NCBI RefSeq assembly: GCF_006345805.1
Contig: NC_043003.1
Location: 42,160,001-42,224,000, forward strand
Length of the DNA: 64,000 nt
Direction: 5' to 3'
Source of the DNA: Octopus sinensis
Taxonomy: Eukaryota
Part shown: piece by piece, positions 42,666 to 57,693 of the stretch
Position numbering within the stretch: the first letter of the stretch is position 1
How the letters are laid out: each line of letters opens with the position of its first letter
Notes under the pieces: generated by a model
What the model was told of the DNA's origin: nothing
Databases searched by the model: none
The model's input: the letters and a program-made list of their open reading frames with translations, nothing else
Made by a program: the position numbers and the translations under genes

Positions 42666-43569
42666 CGTAGTTCGATCAATAAGTATCCGGACTGTTGCTC
42701 TAGTAACAAATCTAAAGCACGCATAGTGAAGCCGCTTGGCGAAGACTGACTTTGAACACTGCTGTGTATGCGCACTAAATTAGAATGTCCTACCCCACTT
42801 TCACTGTTTACAGCAGTGCTTGGATGTAGCGTGTGTAGCGTTTGTTCGCCGCATTGAGCATGACAGAAAAGGTTGAGCAGGGAATCTGCGTCAAATTTTT
42901 CCAAAAGCTTGGCAATGACTGCTCAGAGGCCTACGCAAAGTTTTCAGACAATTTTCATGGTTCTCGACACAATCAAGGGGTTGCTGTGCAACTGAAACCC
43001 AAAGTTTTTTTTTTCTTTTTCTTTTGGTCATCTGAAAGCAATTTTGGCACAAAATAGACAGATACCCGTCTCATACCAAAATCATCAGTGGTAAGGGACT
43101 GAAATGAACCGTAACTAATCTCGTCAGCGTTCTTTTTCTCAGTTCTGCTGGTTGCGAGTCTCCCAGAATTTTCGTCAATATCGACATTTTTTAGGCCATC
43201 CTGGAAATATCTCAATCACTCGTACACTTGTGTGCGACTCATACACATCTCTTATTCATTTACTCGTTTACTTGTTTCAGTCATTTCACTTTGGCCATCC
43301 TGGAGCGCCGTCTTTTTTTCTGCAATTTTGTGTAGGCCTTTGAGGTGGTCTCACCATGACAACTTTCTCAGTCATTGTCAATGCGACGATCACACGCTAC
43401 ACAGCTTCCTTCCAGGCACTGCTGTAAACAGCGGAAGTAAGCTAGAACGTTAAAATTCAATGCGCATACACAGCAGAATGCAAGTTCAATCTGTACTGAG
43501 TGGCTTCATTCTGCGTGCTTTGGCTTCGTTACTATCACAACAAGCAGGATACTTATTGATCAGACCTCG
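42666..43569. mobile_element. Mariner fold-back derivative built from two 5' ends, with a SINE tail inserted
   Basis: GATCAATAAGTATCC at both ends in inverted orientation, TA flanks; both arms contain the MTEKV start; minus arm continues to MRRVS..FVPKLLSDDQK; SINE A tail at about 43248-43318. Confidence 0.8.
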
Positions 43570-43616
43570 TATAAGTGTGTGCGTGCGTGTGTGTTTGAGA
43601 GTATCTATGAATGTAA

Positions 43617-43653
<37 letters not shown>

Positions 43654-43960
43654 CACACATATATATATATATATATAATATATGTATATAATATATAATA
43701 TATATAATATATATGTAATATATATAAAGGGGGAGAGGGAGAGAAAGGAGAGAGAGAAAGGAGAGAGAGAAAGAAGCATAGATACATACATACACATAAA
43801 CGCGCACATGTCTCTGAGTGTATGCGGTTGTATTTTTGTTCGTATATATATATATATATTTATATGTGTTTGGAGGGGGTGCATGTGCGTGGTGGGTTGT
43901 AAACATAAGCCAGTATCTTTCAATCCGAATACGTATGCGATTCCTTGTTTTGTTTATGTC

Positions 43961-44008
<48 letters not shown>

Positions 44009-44306
44009 CTATCCATCCCCTAATGTCATTAATCTCACTCCATACCGTTTAACAAAGGTGGAAAGATAAAATAGTTTCTTCTCCAAGTGTTTTAACACTT
44101 CGACTGATTGATTCAGAAACATAAGGAACCTCCCTTTAACAAACAGGGGATGATAACAGCACAATGGTGACGTGTTTCAGTTGAGAGGGATGGCGTAGCT
44201 AAGTCGTAAAGGATCATAGAATTTAAGGAAGATGTGACAAGTCGATAGATAGCTAAAGAAATGGATACATATATTGATACATACATACAGACATACACAC
44301 ACACAC

Positions 44307-44402
<96 letters not shown>

Positions 44403-44641
44403 ACACGCTCATATTTATATGTACATACGTAGATCCATTTTTCATACGTACTTACGTGCAGACACGCACATGTATACTTATTTATATATACATATTATAT
44501 AATAAATATGTACTTCCGTGTGTTTGTGTATGTATATATATATACATATATATATACACATTATTAAAGAGTATATATATACATACATACATAAATACAT
44601 ACATACATACATACATATATATATATTATATATATATATAT

Positions 44642-44753
<112 letters not shown>

Positions 44754-45012
44754 TATATATATGTATATGTATATATATACACATATATACCTGAAGTGCC
44801 TGAATGATGTATGCAAGTACGCGTGTCTGTTCATCTGTCTGTTTGCTTGTATGTATGTATGTATGTATGTATGTACGTACGTATGTGTGTATGTATGTAT
44901 ATATTTCTTTAGGACCTACTTGATTTCACCTTCGCAGAATTCAATCCGGTCAAGTTTCTACGTATTTTAACAATGCCTATATATGTTCGTATATATATAT
45001 GTGTGTGTATAA

Positions 45013-45051
<39 letters not shown>

Positions 45052-45670
45052 TATGTAATACACACACATACACATGAACGATAACAATATATGTGTATGT
45101 ATGTTTTGTGTGTGCGCCCGACACATAGAACGGCAGAATTAGAGGTAGTGTGTGTACATTAGCAATATCAATAACTGACCAAACAAAACTGTGTTTAGCT
45201 GATAAGAAAGACGAAACAGTTAAGAAAATAAAGTATCTCATTATCACAATAAATTGATTTCCAAGTTCACAGCCGCTCTGTCAACGTTGGCCGTGTCGTA
45301 TTAGTAGTAGTAGTTGTGGTGGTGGTAGAGATGGTGGTGGTGGTGGTGGTGGTGGTGGTGGCAGCAGTAATAGTGGTGATAGTAGTATTAGTAATAGTGG
45401 AGGTAGTAGTTGTTGTGGCTGACATCTCGTAGAAATCGTAGTAATAATTGATGAAGTTGTTGTTGTAGCAGGAGCAACGGTAGCCTCAGTAGCAGAAGAA
45501 GTAGCAGAGGTGGGGGAAATTGTTGTTTTAGTTTGTTGATTTTTTTTGTTTGTTTTTCTATAATCCAGGTGAGTCACATGAAGCGGGTGCCTATCGCCAG
45601 CAGCCCTTGGAGAAATGAGATATCGGTATATACTTTAGAACTTTGGAACTGCACAACATAACTTATTCAA

Positions 45671-46036
45671 TTAGACTTTCCTATATACATATACATACAT
45701 ATATATATATGTATGTCAAACATTTAAACAAAATTTTCACAACACGACTTGTCCGACCGTCCCATAGGCCTCCCCTTTGAGAAACACTGATTTAACCTAA
45801 ATTTGAGACACCAGCAAAAGACGGATTTCGACCGATGTACTTCCGCGTACAAATGCAAGCTCCTACGGCTTTATTAATCGCATTCTCACCTGGAATCGAT
45901 TTTTGTAATTTTTTCAAGACTTATACACGCCCTGATACCGTCGGTATCTACATATCAAATTTGAGCGCAATCGGATGGAGGATGCCCGAGATCCTAGAAG
46001 ACACACATACAGACAGGACAGAATACATATAATAGA
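45671..46036 (-). mobile_element. Putative non-autonomous Helitron-like element
   Basis: Minus strand starts A|TCTATTATAT and ends GTCTAA|T (TC...CTRR in an AT site); internal CAAATTTGAGCGCAATCGG..ACAGACAG motif; no clear 3' hairpin. Confidence 0.4.
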
Positions 46037-46212
46037 TGTTCAAATTTGAAATAGAAGCAGCGCTAGTGTCATAAACAGTATCAACTACATAATCTTAATA
46101 TGTATGCCACGTGTTATCAGTCGGCACTTGGAGAGAGTGCCAAGGACTACTCTACCGCGCCAAGGAAGCCTACCGGCCAATAGTCATAGTTATTGCGTTA
46201 TGTATAAATACG

Positions 46213-46279
<67 letters not shown>

Positions 46280-46734
46280 GTAACCCTTGTTTATGTCTAA
46301 CGACGTCTTCATGTTTGTTTTCGTTCGGTTTCCCTGAATGTCTCCACTGTCCTGTTTTGTTTCGAACTTTGACCCTCCATAAATCCAAAGTTTTATTTTG
46401 ATATTTATGGGGGCAATTGTCTTCGAAGACTCATATTCTCGTTGATTGCTCGAAATGGGGAGTAGATAGACAACGGACAACTGATAAAGGGCCATTATTT
46501 GTGTTATTTGTCCTTTTTTCTGTCCTATTTTGCGTATTTAACTCTTTTTTTTTTTTCATATTTCATGTTGTTTACTACTGGTGACGTCCTGTCGGTGACG
46601 TGTGTATTCAGGTTAGTAATGCATAGACGCTATGATATTATACACATATATGTGAGTGAGTGCATTATTGTATATGCACATATGCATACAGATATACTCG
46701 TATATATACTCATTTTTACGATATACATACAAAC

Positions 46735-46820
<86 letters not shown>

Positions 46821-47271
46821 ACCCTTGTTTATGTCTAACGACGTCTTCATGTTTGTTTTCGTTCGGTTTCCCTGAATGTCTCCACTGTCCTGTTTTGTTT
46901 CGAACTTTGACCCTCCATAAATCCAAAGTTTTATTTTGATATTTATGGGGGCAATTGTCTTCGAAGACTCATATTCTCGTTGATTGCTCGAAATGGGGAG
47001 TAGATAGACAACGGACAACTGATAAAGGGCCATTATTGTGTTATTTGTCCTTTTTTCTGTCCTATTTTGCGTATTTAACTCTTTTTTTTTTTCATATTTC
47101 ATGTTGTTTACTACTGGTGACGTCCTGTCGGTGACGTGTGTATTCAGGTTAGTAATGCATAGACGCTATGATATTATACACATATATGTGAGTGAGTGCA
47201 TTATTGTATATGCACATATGCATACAAGATATACTCGTATATATACTCATTTTTACGATATACATACAAAC

Positions 47272-47319
<48 letters not shown>
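46280..47319. repeat. Tandem duplication, 538-bp period
   Basis: 46280-46750 is repeated from 46818; differences seen are single-base indels; (TA)n-bounded. Confidence 0.95.
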
Positions 47320-49306
47320 GTATACAAACATATCTTATATATGTAAATATATTGAAGTTTGGTTGAATGCATATATGCATTCTGCATATTTTTATGCATG
47401 CATGTTTTTATGGATACATACATACATACATACATACATACATACATTTATATATATATATGAATGAATGAATGGATGTATGGATGGATGCATAGATGTA
47501 TAGTTATAAGCATGTATATTAGTTGTGCCCGAGTGAAATTTTAAATATGCACACCTGTATATTCTGGCATGAAACCAAAACTTTACTCTGTTTACAAGCT
47601 AATCGTCGCAGATATCACAGGATGTAGAGATAACTGTGTTAGCAAAATTGCAAATCTTATTCTCCGCTTCAGTGAAATTCTGTGAAATATTTCAGCTACC
47701 TGCTATGTATCGGCTTTCTGTAAGGAAGCCATTTCAACGTCAGTATCTTGGAATAATCATATATACTAATCTTTTCTTCAGGGTTACAGATTTTGTATAA
47801 AATATGCTTGGATAACTTTTATCTTCGTTTATCACGTATGTAACATGAATTTTGAAATGATTGTAAATTGTGAAATTATGTCTAGTATATTTCAGTGAAT
47901 ATATGTAAGGGAAATATATATATTATAATGTTATTAACAATATCTGCATTTTAAGAATAATTGAATTAAGTATCTGGGTGAATATATGCTTGTTGTTTAA
48001 TTTACTTATTTGGCTCAATTGCTGAGTAAACATCGTTACTGTTGGTTGACACAGGGACTTAAGACTCTAAAGATACGTGATATGGAGGTTGTACCATTTA
48101 TACCTTTTATCAATAGTTATTAACGCATTAGTGGATAGACTTAGGTGTACCATACACAGAAATAGTATTAACAAAATACTTATTTTCAGCGCTAAAGATG
48201 ATTATAAGAGGGAGCAGTAGTCCTGAAATTATATATATGTACCATATACAAGTAAAAAATGTTTCTAAAGCGTTTACCTATAGTGTGCAATTGTATATGT
48301 TAAGCCCTTATTGAAATGGCACAAGTGTACCACATACACGTAACCAGTGATATAAATATCTGAAATATATACAAACAAGGTTCCATTAAATATTAGAGAT
48401 TTGATATGAGTGAACCACATAGTGTTACACGATGTTTTTATAATGCTATTGTATATATTTAACACATTATTGGAATATCTAGTGAACCTCATACACGTAG
48501 ACAATAACGCTAAAACATTATTTATAAATGTTTTAATATATATAGTTGTAGTAACTAACATTACACATAATATAAATTGATAAAGTACAATTCCTCGACC
48601 TAGGAATATTTCTGGAACGTATTTCATTGGGATATATTGATTGAATTTATTTATATCTTTTTCCATAAGCATTTGTACCAGGTATTTTTCCCTTCCATCG
48701 CCCTTCACAGGGAGACTTTAGAGGTCCAAACTAAAAACGTCGGCCCTATATGTAGCGGACGGGACTAACCATAATGTACTGTGACGATTTAAAACACTAT
48801 AAAATTTTCAAGATAACTATTTAAAAGAACTTTCCGAGCGCCAGAAAGAAATAGTCATAAAAACTATCGTCCATTCTCTGACTAAATGATAAAATACAGT
48901 AGACTTGAGTGGCATTGGTCTAAGAAATGAAGGGAAAAAATTCTGTTGATACAGTCAAGCCAATAGTCGAAAACGAAAAACAACAAATTGTGTGTTGCTT
49001 CTTTGTCTGGAGTGGAATGAACACAATTTAGTCTCTCTACTTTTCACTGCTACTTACTCTCTCTCTTTCCCTCTGCTTATATCTCTCTTTCTCTCGCTTT
49101 TTCCTCCCTTTCTCTCTCTCTCTCTCTCCCTCTCTCTTTCTCCATCTTTCCATTATGCATATTATATATATATATATATATCAGAGTAAGCATATATATG
49201 TGAAACAATGTGGCAGAAAGATAGTACTCGAATACAGGAGGTAGAGTAACATGCTTTATTATTAAAGCTGCAAAAAACCATCACCAAAAAAAAAAAAAAA
49301 ATGCCA

Positions 49307-49395
49307 CTCAGAATTTCGCGTTCCCGTTTGTCAGACTCGAACAGTTGTGATTCTAAATTACAAATGTCCGACAAACGGGAACGTGAAACGCTGAG
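49307..49395. other. 30-bp-stem hairpin
   Basis: 49307-49336 pairs with 49366-49395; A-run on the left and T-run on the right. Confidence 0.85.
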
Positions 49396-49458
49396 AAGCA
49401 GTTTTTTTTTTTGTGATGTGTTTGCAGGTTTAGTATTAAAGAATATATGTGTGTGTGT

Positions 49459-49512
<54 letters not shown>

Positions 49513-50414
49513 TATGTATGTATGTATGTATGTATGTATGTATGTATGTATGTATGTGTATGTATGTGTGTGTGCGCGTGCGTGGGTGTGTGGAAAGAGA
49601 GTGAGAGAGAGAGAAAGGCAGACAGACTGATAGAGAGATAGAGTGATAGATAGATAGATATTTCAATGCATTATAAGTATAACAAACGGGCGATTACTAT
49701 TACTGTGACTCTACACTTATACTGCACACATATATGCATGTATGTATACATCCATCCATGCATACATACATACATACATACATATGTACATACATACATG
49801 CATACATACATACATATGTACATACATACATGCATACATACATACATACACACATACATGCTTGCATACATACACATGTACACATATTTTATAATCATTA
49901 ATTCTTTAATTTTCAGAATTCTCTGGAGAGATCATTATTATTTCTTTTCACATCTGATTACTAATTGGATTTAATATGTTATCAATATTAAGATTAATAA
50001 TAATAATTTTTTTAGAAATTATCCACAATAATGCCCACCATGTAACCCACATGCACAAACGCATCATACATTCACACACACACACACACACACCCACACA
50101 CACACGGAAACCTATAAAAATGTTCTCCTTTGCTGTCAAAGGAAAAATAATGAAAAACTTATAGAAAAGAATAGAATGATATAAAATATATGAAGAATAT
50201 CCAGGAAAGAAATAAACAGACAAAGAATCAAAGATATGAGGTGGGAAGTTAAAAGAAGTCTTAGTAAGAAAACAGGAAAATGAAACGAAGCTTTGGCTTT
50301 GATGGTGCCAAAAAATATTACAAATCACGTGTGTGCGTCTGCGTGTGACTTAGTGTGTGTGTTTATGTACGTAGTGAACAGTGTGTAAGTGTATATATAT
50401 ATATATACACACAC

Positions 50415-50486
<72 letters not shown>

Positions 50487-51108
50487 AACACACACACACA
50501 CATATATATACTGAAGTACAAAATCTAACAAACACATGAACGCGAATATTTAAATGCTTGTATATATACACTGCTAAATATATTCTAACATACGTAGGTA
50601 TATATATATATATTTATATATACATACATACATATATACATATATATAAATGTATGTATACACGCACACACAGACACACACACGCATACACTATGTACAT
50701 AATGCCACAAAGCAACAGTCCACATCCAATATCACATAGATAAGCAAGAATTTACATACGCAACTTACTACACAGAGGAGGTCATGTGAGCTGAGGTATA
50801 TATACGCAAGAATATACCCAAGCACACAAAGACTCTGACGCACTCACATATACATATGTATATAGGGATGGATGTACGTACGCATGTATGCATGTATGTA
50901 TGTATGATTATATATACACACACACATATATATGTGTGTATGATTATATACACACACACACACATATATATATGTATGTATATATGTATACATATATGTA
51001 TATATATATATATTTATGTATGCGTACATATATATGTGTGTGTATGTGTTTGTTTGTATATATACACACTCACACATGTACTTATGTATGATGTATGTAT
51101 ATCTGTGA

Positions 51109-51145
<37 letters not shown>

Positions 51146-51562
51146 TGAGTACAAACGCACCCATATTCCAACATACACATGTATCTGTATCTAACTTTTT
51201 ATCCAAAACTCTTCTCACAATGAAAAAAAAAATTGTTCAGGAAAAAACATGCATTTCAAGGTTTTATACGTAGAGATATATAAAATCATGATCTAAACTA
51301 ATAAATCATAGTCAAATCTAGCTGGTTCCGTTTTGGTGGGGTGGTTCAGCGGCACATGGAAGTATACCATTCACAGCTGCATCAGATGTATGAGATTAAA
51401 TAATAAACAGTGAAATAAGCTCATTTGCAACGCGCGTGCGTGTGAGATAGTGTGTGAGGAGGGCGGGTATTGCAGTTCGTACTTTATTCATAACTTGACA
51501 CATGGTTATTTACAACTTTATACGTAAGAATATACGTGGAAAAAATCTGAGTATACACATAG

Positions 51563-51602
<40 letters not shown>

Positions 51603-51643
51603 GTGTGTGTGTGTATATACACACACACAACACACACACACAC

Positions 51644-51715
<72 letters not shown>

Positions 51716-51777
51716 CATATATATACATATATAAATATATATGTGTGTGTAAGTATATACTTATATAAACGTGCTTG

Positions 51778-51813
<36 letters not shown>

Positions 51814-51892
51814 AACATACATGCATGCATATATGTATGTATATATACACAAACACATGTATATATATATATACGCTTACGCACACACACAC

Positions 51893-51925
<33 letters not shown>

Positions 51926-54900
51926 TAGATAGATAGATAGATAGATAGATAAATTCATAGCTACATACATACATACATACATACATACATACATACATAC
52001 ATACACACATACATACATACACACATGCATACCTACATATGTAGAAGGAAAGAGAGATAGACAGACAGTAAAGTAAATACGAACACCAAGAAGGAATAAA
52101 AGTCACAGTTTATATTATTTGGTTGACGTTCAAAAGAGGAAGAAATTTTATAGTGTAAGATTATGGAATGAAATATAACGTTTCGAACATAGTCCTACGC
52201 TTGTTACTGGTGGGAAATCCAAGAAAAAATCGAGAGAGAAGGAACAGTGGGAAGGAGATAAGAAAACAGAAGTACGTCAAGAATAAATTGCACGTCTGTT
52301 AGATTCCAGCAGTACTGTTAGTACTGTGTGGTATGTAATTCAGCCATTGTGATTGCGTGTTCAAACTGTAAGAACTATTTTTGATACGAAAAGGAAGATG
52401 ATGTACAACGTTGGAAACCATTACGAACATAGTTGTGTCATGACAGAACAACGTTCAAAATAGATTACGTTTTCTATTCAGTATTTTCTCAGGGTCAATT
52501 ATATAGTTTATTCAATTCTTGCCGGTAAGATAAAATAAAAGTTTGTACCTCATGATCTATAAAAGCTACCAAGTGTATAACAAATACTATTGTTTCCCAA
52601 GGTGTTCTTCTCTAAAACTCCCTTTCACTACTATCTACAAGAGTTTTACACCATCTCGAGAAAACCATGGTCCAGAAAAATAAAATTTTATGCATCTATA
52701 TAAACGTCCAACAATCTGATACATTTGGTAATAATCAAAATAACCAGGGCAATTGCGCAGGTACCGACAGTATACCTGGAGAATTCGTTCGCATTTCAGC
52801 TATTGAAATTCACTTTACTTTTAAAAGTACATGTTCCATTAAAGTATATGAGGCCCATCATATGCTTGATCGGGAACAGGTCAAAACATTTCATTTCAGT
52901 TCTACTTCTCGCATCTAAGGACAGAGAATAACATCAATACTCAGTAGTTCAACTAGATGAAAGAAAATATTAACAAAGTGCTTCTTTTGCATTGAAAGAT
53001 GAAATCATTGCTATGAACAGTTGTCTCGCGCAGTATCTTGAAATGTTACAAGCAAACACCGCTAGTGATGAAGAGAAACAAACACACGAGAGAATTAAGA
53101 ACAGAGTCTTCCAACAAGCAAGGATATATTACTGATATTTAACTGAGTCTAAATCAGTAACAAGCACCATGGTGTCGTGCTCTGTTTTAAGATGCAGACG
53201 CCACTTCATGAAGAAGTTTGCAAAAATAATTCATTTTAACTGTAGCTGATGGATAGTGTAAGACGTTTACCAATAAAATTATTGCTTCCAAACTTCTGGC
53301 CGAGGGAGAAATAGTTTTCAATGTGATCCGCGCTGATGTGGAAGCCCGGAGTTTCCAAGGAGGCAGAAAAGTTCACTCAAGTTTCTAAATAACAGATATT
53401 TTAAGGCTTTTGTACATGCCATCAAAGCTCAAAGTCGATCCAGTGAACCAAACTGGTTATTTGGAATGAAATCTTTGGTGCACACAGATACATTTGAGTA
53501 AACATGGGGGTCCTTCTTTATAGTGACCAAGCTAAACACTGCCACTAGTGAAAAGAGCGAGCCCATCGAAAATACCATTAGCAAGTCTTCAAATGCCATA
53601 TTCTTACCCTGACATTACGCATCGCAAACACTTAGAGAACATGGGAATTGCTAAAAGGGAGATATTAAAATTTTTCAGTGGCAGAAGAATTGATCCTAAA
53701 CAACTAGAAGCTACCTCTTCATCAATATTTGGTTCCAGACACCGAATGCATTATTAAAGAAACCTTCTCAACTGTTAACTGTTTAATAAAACCTTATCTA
53801 AGAAACTTTCTATAAGCTATTAAATACAGACGTTCATTATATAAGCAGACTATATTTTGAAGTCTCCATGTGACAGAAATTGTAATGATTCAGTATGAGA
53901 AAGCTATCCCAATCATGCCGTTCGCTACGGAATCTCTGTGACATAACAATTTCTGGCCTGCTCTACTACAAACTGGTGCTAAAAATCGGACGACCTGTTA
54001 TGCTCTTATTCTTAACACAATTTACAAAGAAGTCCCATGCAGTGTCTCCAAAATAAGACTAGAATAATTGACATTCAGTTGATGAAAAGGAACGTTGAAG
54101 TAAGGTCTCAGAACAATGAAATCTGTACGTATTTTCATACTCCGTTTTCGTCGCCATAACAGAAACGAAACAAATTTCCTTTAACTCTCACAATGCGACA
54201 CTTCCAAATAATAAATGTTTTGGTTGTGGCAATAAACGATGCGGTTGGAATCGACCTATCAAAGCCTGATTTTCATCATACACTACGTTTTATCGTGTTC
54301 AGTTTTCAAGACTTCTTTGATGAAAATGGTGATAGATTCACAGAAAACATTATCTACAAAGAACTGCTGTGAGCAAATATAGTTTACTGAAGCATATTCG
54401 CCGTTTTCAAATAATTGCAATTATTTTTTCGAAAATCTGATACTATCATTTCTTCAAGTAGTAACCATCTTGCTTATATTACCTCAAAAGAGGAAATAGG
54501 TAAGTAATTTCTGTAGATGTCTAACTGATAGCAAAAAGTAGTAACTACACTTCAGAAATTTACCTCTTAAAAATTACAGATGCATACCTTGCACGTTAGC
54601 ATAAGACTACTTACATCTCATTTTATCTATCTATCAAAATATCTATCTATCAATCTATCAATATGCATAAAATATATATGTACAAGTATGTGTAGGTGCA
54701 AAAGTATGCTTATTATATATGGCTATACACATGCAAGCATCATGGTCTCTATGTATGTGTATGTGTGAGTCTCTGTGTGTGTCTGTATGTATGCTGTATG
54801 TATGTATATATGATTATCAGTGAGTTCTTGTATGTGAGTTTACATGTATTATGTATTGTATTATGTATTAAAGTTGACAGTTATTCTGCCGTAACCATTA

Positions 54901-55279
54901 CTTAAAATGGCTCAACGACAAGGAGTTCTTCAAATGGCATTTCAATGAAGAAAGCTTTTAAAACTAGTAGCGAGCCATTACCATTCAAGAAAGATTTCTT
55001 CATTTAAATTTCATCTGAAGTACGTTTGATCCGCAAAAAACACTTCAGAAATGGATGCAATAAAAATCAACCGAAATAAGTAAAATTCTAATAACTCTAC
55101 TTCAGATACTCAGTATCCATTCTTGTGTTCATAGCAAATTAAAAGCACAACACACACACACACACGCACACAGATACACACACAGAAACACACACACAAT
55201 CACACACACACACAACGCATCGTGTGTGTTGTAAATTTCTACATGTGTGTATACATTCATACATGCAGACATTTATGAT

Positions 55280-55323
<44 letters not shown>

Positions 55324-55558
55324 TGCATGCTCCAGGTTCGATCCTAGTGCTTGGAAACTAAGGTAAATTTTTTGTTTGATTCTTTTTTTGCCAAAGCCAT
55401 GCGGACAGACAGAACTATGTTAAAAATATACCTTACATATTATACCGTTTCAGAACGTCCAGCCTTGCAGCATTGGCATACGATCATGCAATGACACTGC
55501 CTACAATGTTTTCGCTGATTTTGTGCCTAAAGTAGATATCATTGTTATGTCAAGAAGG

Positions 55559-55745
55559 GTGCAGGCGCGTAGCTTAGTGGTTAAGGTGTTGTACTATTTA
55601 TCGTAAGATTGTGGTATCGATTCAAAGAGATACGTTGAATTCTTGTGTAAGATACTTCCTTTCACGTTGGTCCAGTCCACTCAGCTAGCAAAAGTGAATG
55701 ATCCTGCGACGAACCGTCATCTCCTCTGTGGGGAAATATATTCGC
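55559..55745 (+). mobile_element. tRNA-derived SINE, family E, degenerate
   Basis: GCGTAGCTTAGTGGTTAAGG head, GTATCGATTC box, CCAGTCCACTCAGCT body, CTGCGACG module. Confidence 0.6.
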
Positions 55746-55752
55746 CACTTTT

Positions 55753-55885
55753 CAAATTCCGCCGAGGTCGACTAATCTTTTAAGGGTCGATAGAATAAGA
55801 ACAAGTTGAGCAGAGGATCGCCGTAATAAACTAATTCCTTCCCTTAAAAGTCCAGGCCTTGTTATTATAGTAGAAAGGATTATTA
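55753..55885 (+). mobile_element. SINE family B 3' part
   Basis: CAAATTCCGCCGAGGTCGAC...GTAGAAAGGATTATT. Confidence 0.75.
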
Positions 55886-56916
55886 TCTCAGGAGCGGTTG
55901 TGAATCGGTATGTATGTATACTTGCCTGTCGTTTGTATTGCATATAAGACTCCCTGTGCTATCTGTTTTGAATCTACGCACTCTCAGTTCAAATTTCGTT
56001 AGAATCAGCTATGTTTCTGTCCATGTTCCCTAAAGTACCAATCAAGTACATGGGACAATACAATGGAGTAACATCACCATCAAATTTGCAAGGTACTTTT
56101 GCTTACGTTAGAATCACAGAGTAGCTCCAGTGCATCAGGGATATATTAGCGGAATATGTTATGTTCTGTGTTCTGAGTTCAAGATATGCCAAAGCCACAG
56201 TTGTTTATTAAGATTTCAGAACGATAGACTAAATTACTAAAGTTCTCGGTTCACTTTATTCGACTCTCTTCTGCCCTAAAGTTTTAGATCTTCTACTTAT
56301 GATAGATTTATAGATCTGGAAGAAGGGTCGTGACAGATATACAGAGGGAGGTACTGTATATGTGCCTGAGGAACGGGCCAGGGGCAGTGTAATAACACTA
56401 TGATTTGTAAGAGGACGAACGAACCGAAAGTTCTGAGCGTATATTATTGAAGTAGCAGTCGAAAAGTGGAAAGATGACACATCCCGTCCATGGATCAGAA
56501 ACTGAGAATTGGATTTGCGAATGGTTACCTTCCTTTTAGAATCCATGAAGTATTATTGAAATGCATTTATTTAAATGTCACAGGGACAAAAAATAAGAGT
56601 TCAAAACGAAAATTCGCTGATAAACAAGAAATGCGATAAATATTTGAGAGTTCAGTGTATTTCTATGAAACAAAATGTCGATCGTATTGAAATTGATTCA
56701 ACATGTTTCACTTTTAAAACCTTTTCCCGAATCCTTTGTAAATGAAAAATAACAAAATGTTTGTTGTAAAGTTGTTTGTTATTTTGCTAAACAGTTAAGA
56801 TTTATGTTCCAAAAAATGTTTGTCGAATATTTTTTTTTACTTTTCTAACTTAAAAAAAAAATTATACATATACACAAGTGTGGGAGTGTGTATGTGTGCG
56901 TGTGTACGTATATATG

Positions 56917-56964
<48 letters not shown>

Positions 56965-57655
56965 ATACATACAGAAACAAATTTGTGAGAGGGAAGAAAC
57001 ACGCAGGCAAATGTATTCAAGCAATGTTTTCAAATAAATAGCAGAGGGTTAAGAGTAAAAAAAGACGGAACAAACATCTAAACTTAACTATTTCGGCTTT
57101 TGTTTGCTGAATTTTGTCAACTTACTGTTATGGATATTGTTCTTGTTCCTTGTGTAAGGGTGATGGAGTTGGCACGTGTTGTGGATATTGGGTGTTACTG
57201 TTCTTGTAGATATTAGGTGTTGCTCTCGTTTCAGTAACTATTACTTGTGGTGTTGTTTCTGTTGTTGCTTTTGTGTTTTTTTTGTTGTTTTGGGTGGAGG
57301 AAATAAAGTGAAATATTCGATTTGATACCGTATACAGTTTACGAAAACGATGTTTTATGTTTATTTATCAACTTACTGTACTTAGCTATGCTGTACACCG
57401 ATATATGTAAATGGGAAACTATAGCAGGTGTGAAAGTGTACACGTATACTTACATATCTACATACATACATTCATATATACATACATACATACACATGCA
57501 TACATACATACATATAATATAATATATATACATACATACATGCATACATACATACATATACATACATTTGTATAAATATGTGTGTGCGTGCATGTATGTG
57601 TGTGCGTGTGTAATCATGTATGTACATACATTATATGTCTTCATCCATCTATCAT

Positions 57656-57693
<38 letters not shown>

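Noticed and set aside
48274-48708. 144-aa minus-strand ORF
   Set aside because: AT-rich, no motif, no convincing splice context.
52740-52810. AGTDSIPGEF, similar to an RT domain-0 motif
   Set aside because: Single short motif with no collinear downstream RT motifs I could verify.
53290-53460. Possible mariner C-terminal relic on the minus strand
   Set aside because: Too decayed to translate convincingly; no TIR.
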